Positions 46,586 through 52,328 of a stretch of DNA of 52,328 bases are shown piece by piece; positions within the stretch are counted from its first letter, which is position 1, and the number at the start of each line of letters is the position of its first letter. Origin of the DNA: a virus (taxonomy: Duplodnaviria; Caudoviricetes); IMG/VR virus record IMGVR_UViG_3300010048_000016, positions 1 to 52,328 of that record. One strand, given 5' to 3'. The notes beneath the pieces were generated by a model. It was given only the letters and a program-made list of their open reading frames with translations, had not been told where the DNA came from and did not search any database. Made by a program: the position numbers and the translations under genes.

Positions 46586-46663
46586 CGTTTATGTCCGTGC
46601 AAGCTGGCGCGTAGGTACGCCGCTACCTGTATGGACCATCGAAAGGATCGAAAGGAGTAACTA

Positions 46664-47455
46664 GTGGAAGCCGCTATGGAAGATCTAGAAGAAACGGCTG
46701 TCGTGGTCATGGATGAAGAGGAGCAGCTCTCCGAAGAGGAACTTGAGGTTCGCCGGGAGAACTGCTACCAGCTCGAGGTGTCAATCAAGGACGCCATCGG
46801 ACGTGGACGTGCAGCGATGTGGGAGCTTGCCAAGTCGCTGTATGAGTTCAATGAGGAACACGGCTGGACGGCTCTGGGCTATGACAGCCAGGGCGAGTGG
46901 CTCGCTCAGCCAGAAATTGGCATGTCCAAGCGTCAGTTCCATCGGATGGTTCGGATCTGGAATCAGACGGTGGTACTGCGGGCGATCCCCGAGGAAGATG
47001 TGATTGAGATTGAGCCCTCGAAGATGGAGATCGTGCTCCCTGCCATCGAGGCCAACAAGAAGTCCGTGGTCGAGGCGCTTGAAGATGCTCGCTCGCTCGG
47101 GGTCCGTGATCTGCGCGAGGCCTATATCGGTCCGCAGGGTACGCCTCAGTCAGAACACGAAGCGCAGGAGGATGCCACCGGCACCGATGCCAGCGGCAAG
47201 AAGAAGGAAGGCCCCGCGTTCTTTCACGCAGCTCAGGTGTTTGACAGCTGGGTGACAACGGGTGGTGACAAGCGCAAGGCTTTCCGTAACTGGACGAAGT
47301 TCCTTGACACACATCCACTGTTCTCGTCGGTCCACCTCATCGAGGCGTTCGCTAACGGTGAGGCTCTGAATGGTGAACCGCCGACTCGAGACCAGGTGCG
47401 CGATGCCTGGAATGAGATCGTCGGAGCACTGCGCCTGAAGCTGCCGACGGAGTAA
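46664..47455 (+). CDS. Putative DNA-binding protein (DUF3102/ParB-HTH-like)
   Basis: WELAKSLYE...WTALGYDSQGEWL....GMSKRQFHRMVRIW pattern. Confidence 0.55.
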   Translation: MEAAMEDLEETAVVVMDEEEQLSEEELEVRRENCYQLEVSIKDAIGRGRAAMWELAKSLYEFNEEHGWTALGYDSQGEWLAQPEIGMSKRQFHRMVRIWNQTVVLRAIPEEDVIEIEPSKMEIVLPAIEANKKSVVEALEDARSLGVRDLREAYIGPQGTPQSEHEAQEDATGTDASGKKKEGPAFFHAAQVFDSWVTTGGDKRKAFRNWTKFLDTHPLFSSVHLIEAFANGEALNGEPPTRDQVRDAWNEIVGALRLKLPTE

Positions 47456-47470
47456 ACTCTTATAGGTCGA

Positions 47471-47494
47471 GGGCGACCCCGGCCAGGGTCGCCC
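47471..47494 (+). terminator. GC-rich hairpin
   Basis: GGGCGACCC-CGGCCA-GGGTCGCCC. Confidence 0.5.
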
Positions 47495-47495
47495 G

Positions 47496-47538
47496 AAACC
47501 TGGCCAAAATAGAACACTTTTGAATTTTGGCCAGGTTT
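47496..47538. repeat. 43-bp inverted-repeat site, copy 2
   Basis: AAACCTGGCCAAAAT-AGAACACTTTTGA-ATTTTGGCCAGGTTT with perfect 15-bp arms. Confidence 0.85.
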
Positions 47539-47567
47539 AGTTCCTACACCGTGGAAAGGCGCAACAC

Positions 47568-48965
47568 GTGGATTACAAGGGGGAAAACTCCGCTACGCCG
47601 GGCGCGTGCACTGAGTGTGGCTCTCATGACATCGGTGGTGTATGCCGCTCATGCGGGCAGGTCATTGACAACGCCCGTCTCATCGCAATCATCGAGGAGC
47701 AGAAGGAGCAGTTCGAAGCGCTCTCCTATCTCCTTGCAAACGCGCGCCGGACGATCAAGAAACTCCGCAAGGAAGAGGACCAGAGCATGCGCAAGAGCGA
47801 GCTGTGGCCCGCAGTTCTCCGTGTACTAAAAAAATGGGCAGAGCTCTGCTATCCGGAAGCTCGAGAGCTGCAGGGCGGAGAGCGAGCTCGCAATGTTTTC
47901 GAACGCCTGAGGGCAAAGGACGGATTTGCCGAGGAGCAGCTGATTCGTTGCGCCTACGGATATTCCCAGTTGCCCTACGTAGTGAACGGACGTCGCATGG
48001 CTATCGGCACGCCCGCCCAACGCCGCGTAGACGCGGAACTGATCTACGCGGATCCCAAGCGTGTGGCAGACGGCCTGGCGCTGGCCGATGAGGCCGACCG
48101 GCGCAAACAGGTGCTCACTCCTTCTTCATCCCCAACTTCATCCTCGAATGGCCGTACGCCCAGCTCCCAGAATGGCCACCTTTCCGAGCTGGGCACAGCG
48201 GCCGTGGAGTTCGCCAAGCGCTTCGGCTGGCAGGTCTTTCCAGTACAGCCGCGTGGCAAAAAGCCGGTCACCGAGCACGGTCTCCTTGACGCCACGGTCG
48301 ACGTAGCGCGGATCACAGCCTTCTGGCAGCTGCATCCTGCGCACAATGTGGCTATCCGCTGCGGGATCCAGTCGGGGATCGTGGTGCTGGACGTGGACGG
48401 AGAGGAGGGCACAAGTTCTCTTCGCGCACTGGAGGCCAAGTACGAGAAGCTCCCGAAGACGCTGTCGGTGGTGACGCCTCGAGGCGGCCAGCACTTCTAT
48501 TTCGCCCACCCGGGACAGGGCGAGGTTCACAACACCACCGGCTTTCCAGGGCCTGGACTGGACATCCGTGGGGACGGTGGCTATGTACTCGGACGACCTT
48601 CCGTGGGTGCTAATGATCGCATCTACCAGGTGGACGAGGAGGCCGAGATGGCCAACATTCCGATGTGGCTTCTGACGCTCCTGGTCGAACACGAGAGCCA
48701 GCGCCCGCTGTTCTCCCAGGATTACACGGCAATAGTTGCAGAGGGCGTTAGGCTTGGGGAGCGCAACAGCCAGCTGACGACCCTAGCGGGCCACTGGATT
48801 GCTTTCGGACATAGTGCTGACGAGACACGGGAGATATGTCTGTTGGTCAACGAGAAGCGATGCGCCCCACCCCTTCCTAACCGGGAGGTGGTCAAGCTGG
48901 TCGAGAGCATCGTCAAACGCGAGAAGCGCAAGTCGCAGAACACGCTGCGCGAGATCGTGAGATAA
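47568..48965 (+). CDS. Bifunctional DNA primase/polymerase (Prim-Pol + PriCT-like) with extended N-terminus
   Basis: GWQVFPV..RGKKP, NVAIRCG..SGIVVLDVD, TPRGGQHFYF, GLDIRGDGGYV, GERNSQL..LAG, PPLPNREV. Confidence 0.9.
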   Translation: MDYKGENSATPGACTECGSHDIGGVCRSCGQVIDNARLIAIIEEQKEQFEALSYLLANARRTIKKLRKEEDQSMRKSELWPAVLRVLKKWAELCYPEARELQGGERARNVFERLRAKDGFAEEQLIRCAYGYSQLPYVVNGRRMAIGTPAQRRVDAELIYADPKRVADGLALADEADRRKQVLTPSSSPTSSSNGRTPSSQNGHLSELGTAAVEFAKRFGWQVFPVQPRGKKPVTEHGLLDATVDVARITAFWQLHPAHNVAIRCGIQSGIVVLDVDGEEGTSSLRALEAKYEKLPKTLSVVTPRGGQHFYFAHPGQGEVHNTTGFPGPGLDIRGDGGYVLGRPSVGANDRIYQVDEEAEMANIPMWLLTLLVEHESQRPLFSQDYTAIVAEGVRLGERNSQLTTLAGHWIAFGHSADETREICLLVNEKRCAPPLPNREVVKLVESIVKREKRKSQNTLREIVR

Positions 48966-48976
48966 GTCGTAAGCCT

Positions 48977-49381
48977 GTGCAATGGTTGCTAAACCAATTC
49001 GGCAAGCGCTCGACTGTATTTGGGACCAAGCACTTTGCCGTGCTGATGACTGCCAGCGCACTGATTCGAGTGATCGCCTGGTTCCTGCTGATTGTCGGAT
49101 ATCTCTTCCGAGTCCATTTCGTGGTCACCTGGTTCAGCTCGGTCGCATTCGTGTCGGTCCTGTCGGCCCTGGCTCTGCTGCTGACCGACTGGGCTCAGTT
49201 CGCTGCATCGGCGGTAGGGCTCTCAGTGGTCGAGCGCGCTGAGGCAGCCAGTACGGCTCGCACTGACGTTGCGGCCGATATTGACAAACTTCTCGAGATG
49301 GCTGAAGCCGAGGAGGCTGCGTCCGATGCCCGTGCTATAGCTGATCGCCTGAGAGCCAACATGGCGCACGAGGATGCCTAA
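48977..49381 (+). CDS. Membrane protein
   Basis: Two to three hydrophobic segments followed by a charged helix. Confidence 0.65.
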   Translation: MQWLLNQFGKRSTVFGTKHFAVLMTASALIRVIAWFLLIVGYLFRVHFVVTWFSSVAFVSVLSALALLLTDWAQFAASAVGLSVVERAEAASTARTDVAADIDKLLEMAEAEEAASDARAIADRLRANMAHEDA

Positions 49382-49793
49382 GTACATCATTCATATTCCC
49401 GCAGTGCAGATTGAGGTCGACGTTCTACCCGATACCGCTGCTACAGCAGCGGTCCTACAGATGGGAGCAGTTATGCCAGGTCAGATCACTGTCGATACCA
49501 CCAACGAGGCAGCGACAGTCCAGTTCACCGACGATCACGGTGATGTTGTTCCAGCGCCGGACGGCACGGTCGTGACCTTTGCCTCGGACAACGAGGGTGT
49601 GGTGACGGTCACGCCAGACGAGACCAACCCGCTGTCGGCCAAGGTCACGCCCGTAGCGGAGGGCACCGCCAATGTCTCGGTCGACATCGCGGGAGCCACG
49701 GATCCGGCAGGCAATCCCTTCACCGTAGCCCCAGTAGCGATCACTGTCAGCCCCGGACCGGCAGCCGAGGCAGGCCTGGTCCTGACCGTGTGA
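49374..49793 (+). CDS. Ig-like (Big_2-type) domain protein
   Basis: VVTFASDNEGVVTV...VTPVAEGTANVSV. Confidence 0.7.
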   Translation: MPKYIIHIPAVQIEVDVLPDTAATAAVLQMGAVMPGQITVDTTNEAATVQFTDDHGDVVPAPDGTVVTFASDNEGVVTVTPDETNPLSAKVTPVAEGTANVSVDIAGATDPAGNPFTVAPVAITVSPGPAAEAGLVLTV

Positions 49794-50089
49794 GAAAGCA
49801 GCCTGCATGCTTCCTGGCCAGAGAGGGCATATGGGAGCGCGAGGGCCCGATGCCACCGTGCGGAGGGCCCATGCAGCAGGCGCACCTCATTCCGCAGCAG
49901 CTGCTGCGCCGAGAACACCTACCGCTCTGGGTTCCAGCTGTGTGGGTGTGGTCGTGCGCAGACCATCATGCGGCCTTCGACAAGGCTCGTAGCATCCGGG
50001 TGCCGCGCAAAGCTATCCCGCAGTCGACCAAGCAATTCGCAGAACGTCATGGACTCACCTGGTATCTCGACAAGCATTTCCGAGCCTGA
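49790..50089 (+). CDS. Small HNH-like protein
   Basis: C...CGG...AHLIP...CADHHAAFD. Confidence 0.55.
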   Translation: MRKQPACFLAREGIWEREGPMPPCGGPMQQAHLIPQQLLRREHLPLWVPAVWVWSCADHHAAFDKARSIRVPRKAIPQSTKQFAERHGLTWYLDKHFRA

Positions 50090-50318
50090 GCCGCACATCA
50101 TCGCCACCTGTCCGATCTGTCAGGCGGCACGCCGGGAGATGTGGAAGCAGGGCAAGCCTGACCGAGCCCGTCTGATCCAGGAGGGCAAGGAGGTCGTGGC
50201 CCACCATCAGCAGATCACCTACGACCAGTATCCGGAGCTCTACAAGGCTCTGGCGAGTACGTTCGGAGACCCGGTCCCGGGCGAGGACGAGGATGAGACA
50301 GAAGAAGATGCCTCCTAG
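50049..50318 (+). CDS. Hypothetical protein
   Basis: CPIC motif and acidic tail; start uncertain. Confidence 0.5.
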   Translation: MDSPGISTSISEPEPHIIATCPICQAARREMWKQGKPDRARLIQEGKEVVAHHQQITYDQYPELYKALASTFGDPVPGEDEDETEEDAS

Positions 50319-50487
50319 CGCCTACTACAGCCACGAGGACCGCTGCTGGTATGTGCCGGTGTCTGCAGAGATCTGGATGATGGCCGAGAACAACGAGCTT
50401 GAACCGGTTGAGCCCGCTCGTGTTGAGCTCAGGGACGGGCAGCTGGTCATCACAAGACTGGAAACCGATGCACCGTCAGCCGGGTAG
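50308..50487 (+). CDS. Small hypothetical protein
   Basis: Overlapping start; plausible codon usage. Confidence 0.5.
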   Translation: MPPSAYYSHEDRCWYVPVSAEIWMMAENNELEPVEPARVELRDGQLVITRLETDAPSAG

Positions 50488-50537
50488 GCACGCCGCCCTA
50501 GCAAGCGGCAACTCGGGTTCGACTCCCGGGCGGTGCA
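50470..50537 (+). tRNA. Atypical tRNA-like element (identity unresolved)
   Basis: Acceptor GCACCGT/GCGGTGC+A; D-arm GCC-GGGTA-GGC; anticodon stem GCCGC/GCGGC with 8-nt loop CCTAGCAA; 3-nt variable region; T-arm TCGGG-TTCGACT-CCCGG; no encoded CCA. Confidence 0.6.
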
Positions 50538-50577
50538 CTCGAGGAGCCTCATGAACTGGAAATTCTGGGAGGTCATC

Positions 50578-50844
50578 ATGCGAAAACGTCGTAAGCCCAC
50601 TCCACCGGACCAGACCGATCAGCTCCTTGAGCCCGCATTACCTTCCGAGCCTGAGCCAGAGCCCACTCCTGACGAAGCCGAGGAGACGCTGGCTGTAGCA
50701 GCTGTCCCAGCCGTTATCAATCCTCCGGATATCTGGATGCTCTGGTGCCAGAAGTGTGATCGAGTCGGTCTGCATGCTGCCCCGGACTGTGACGGAGTCC
50801 CGATTGCAGTCAAGTACATGCCCCTACCACCAAAGGCAGCCTGA
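50578..50844 (+). CDS. Hypothetical protein
   Basis: ATG at 50578 after GGAGG; CQKC...H..DC at the C-terminus. Confidence 0.55.
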   Translation: MRKRRKPTPPDQTDQLLEPALPSEPEPEPTPDEAEETLAVAAVPAVINPPDIWMLWCQKCDRVGLHAAPDCDGVPIAVKYMPLPPKAA

Positions 50845-51572
50845 TGCTCACGATCTACGCAGTCAACGAAGTCCAGTCGCTGTCCGAGAAGGACGTGTTC
50901 AACATCTGCTGGGCGGTCAACCACCAGCTCGTCTACCACTACGGCCCGTTCTGGCGCTCGGACGTGCGCTGTGTCTATGTGCCCAAGGCAATCGGAGCTC
51001 CGGATCCACCGATGCTCAAGGGCAAGTGCGTGCTGCACTTCTTGGAGACTTCGGACCAGCAGGGAGCACTGGGCTACCACGACGAGGACGGCAACGAGGT
51101 GCCCAACGCCAAGGTATTCGTCCAGGACGCCATCAACGGTGGGGACAAGCCCTCTGAGGTGGCATCTCATGAGGCGCTCGAGCTCGCCACAGACCCGCAC
51201 ATCAACCTGTCGGCACTGACGGGCGACGGTAGCCGCCTGTATGCGCTGGAGGTCGGGGACCCTGTGCAGGGCACGGGCTACGACATCGGCAACGGCATCA
51301 CCGTGGCTAACTTTGCGCTGCCCGCCTACTTCGATCCCAACACCCCTGTCGGCCATCCGATGGCATTCCCCGGGGCCGTGGGAAATGTCGACTTCAAAGC
51401 CGCGCTGAACGCTCCGTTCACGCTCGCTCCGCAGGGCTACATGTCCTACATCGAGACGGCCAACTTTGCGAATGGATGGCAGCAGGAGTTCGGCCAGGAG
51501 CGTAGCGAGCTGCCTGCGTGGGCTTCGAGGCACGCTCAGCGTTCATCGAACTTCTCCCAACCGGCCACCTGA
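50844..51572 (+). CDS. Putative metallopeptidase-like protein
   Basis: GALGYH, ASHEALELATDP, LEVGDPV, VANFALPAYF conserved-looking motifs. Confidence 0.6.
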   Translation: MLTIYAVNEVQSLSEKDVFNICWAVNHQLVYHYGPFWRSDVRCVYVPKAIGAPDPPMLKGKCVLHFLETSDQQGALGYHDEDGNEVPNAKVFVQDAINGGDKPSEVASHEALELATDPHINLSALTGDGSRLYALEVGDPVQGTGYDIGNGITVANFALPAYFDPNTPVGHPMAFPGAVGNVDFKAALNAPFTLAPQGYMSYIETANFANGWQQEFGQERSELPAWASRHAQRSSNFSQPAT

Positions 51573-51619
51573 ACCCCTCGAAAAACCCTCTCAGACGCCT
51601 TTAGAGGCTCTCTAAGGCC

Positions 51620-52192
51620 ATGCAAGCCCTAACCCCTACCCAGACAGCGGAAAACAATCAGAGGCCCTTAGAAAGCCTCAGAAGGGCTCAGACGCTGATT
51701 GCCATCGACCCAGGGGACGAGGTCAGCGCCTGGTTGATCTACGACTGGGCCGACGGACGACCGCTCGACTGGGCAGACGAGGAGCCAAACGCCTCGCTGC
51801 TCAACATCCTCGGACACTGGTCCGCTACCCGGTGCGTCATCGAGGGCATGCAGTCCTTCGGGATGCCAGTCGGACAGGACGTGCTCGATACCTGTGTGTG
51901 GATCGGACGCTTCATCGAGGCCTGGTATCGCAAGACCCACACAGAGCCGGTGATCGTCTACCGCAAAGAGGTCAAGCACCACCTCTGCAACCAGATCGTG
52001 GCCAAGGACGCACACGTGCGCCAGGCACTGCTCGATCGCTTCGGTCCAGGCAAGCCAAGGGCTGTCGGCACGATCAAGAACAAGGGCCCGCTGTACGGCA
52101 TCTCAGGGCACGTGTGGCAGGCGCTGGCCGTGGCGGTCACGGCTGTGGAGACCGGTCGAGTCCCAGGTAAGAGCGAGCATCACTCCGTTTAG
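51620..52192 (+). CDS. RuvC-like Holliday junction resolvase
   Basis: IAIDPG, VIEGMQSFG, WIGRF, EVKHHLC, AKDAHVRQAL, WQALAVA. Confidence 0.8.
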   Translation: MQALTPTQTAENNQRPLESLRRAQTLIAIDPGDEVSAWLIYDWADGRPLDWADEEPNASLLNILGHWSATRCVIEGMQSFGMPVGQDVLDTCVWIGRFIEAWYRKTHTEPVIVYRKEVKHHLCNQIVAKDAHVRQALLDRFGPGKPRAVGTIKNKGPLYGISGHVWQALAVAVTAVETGRVPGKSEHHSV

Positions 52193-52225
52193 AAGCAGAG
52201 CGGGACTGGACGGGCTCGCCGCCGG

Positions 52226-52328
52226 TTACTGGCCTTCGATGCAGGTGTAGATCTTTGTCTGCCCGCCTGGCGTGTTGAGCACCAGGATGCCGGGGCTGTA
52301 ACCGTTGATGCATTCGATGCCACCCGCA
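52226..52328 (-). CDS. C-terminus of a convergent gene truncated by the window edge
   Basis: Minus-strand frame ...GGIECINGYSPGILVLNTPGGQTKIYTCIEGQ*. Confidence 0.55.
   Translation of the reverse strand, partial: AGGIECINGYSPGILVLNTPGGQTKIYTCIEGQ

Noticed and set aside
1-52328. Integrase/repressor lysogeny module
   Set aside because: No tyrosine or serine recombinase motifs recognised; lifestyle cannot be determined from this window.

Overview
This window is most of a high-GC tailed phage genome (siphovirus-like, HK97-type head). An actinobacterial host, possibly Thermoleophilia, is inferred from protein content. Almost all genes are on the + strand. Order: small accessory genes; a DUF5131 (Gp37/Gp68) + methyltransferase-like + glycosyltransferase-like cluster; terminase, portal, prohead protease, major capsid; a large Ig-repeat/hydrolase protein; neck and tail genes; a 2896-aa tape measure protein with lytic transglycosylase and NlpC/P60 domains; minor tail genes, holin and endolysin; then an early/replication block (AAA helicase-like, RlpA-like hydrolase, Cas4/RecB-like nuclease, HNH, Sak4-like ATPase, SSB, Prim-Pol, RuvC-like). 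No integrase or obvious repressor was recognised in the window. The most striking non-coding signal is a ~430-bp array (3262-3693) of NN-GGY pentamers grouped into ~6 units by an (AG)GCTCCCC delimiter. It looks like a non-contiguous guide-RNA array (VIPR-like), but no cognate effector was recognisable in the window. Other signals: a 16-bp palindrome GTGCCAACGTTGGCAC dispersed 6 times (parS/operator-like); two copies of a 43-bp inverted-repeat site; a promoter-driven hairpin RNA whose loop is complementary over 15 nt to the leader of the nuclease gene; a loop-E-containing leader before the RlpA-like gene; and an atypical tRNA-like element. All protein calls come from motif recognition by eye, not database searches.
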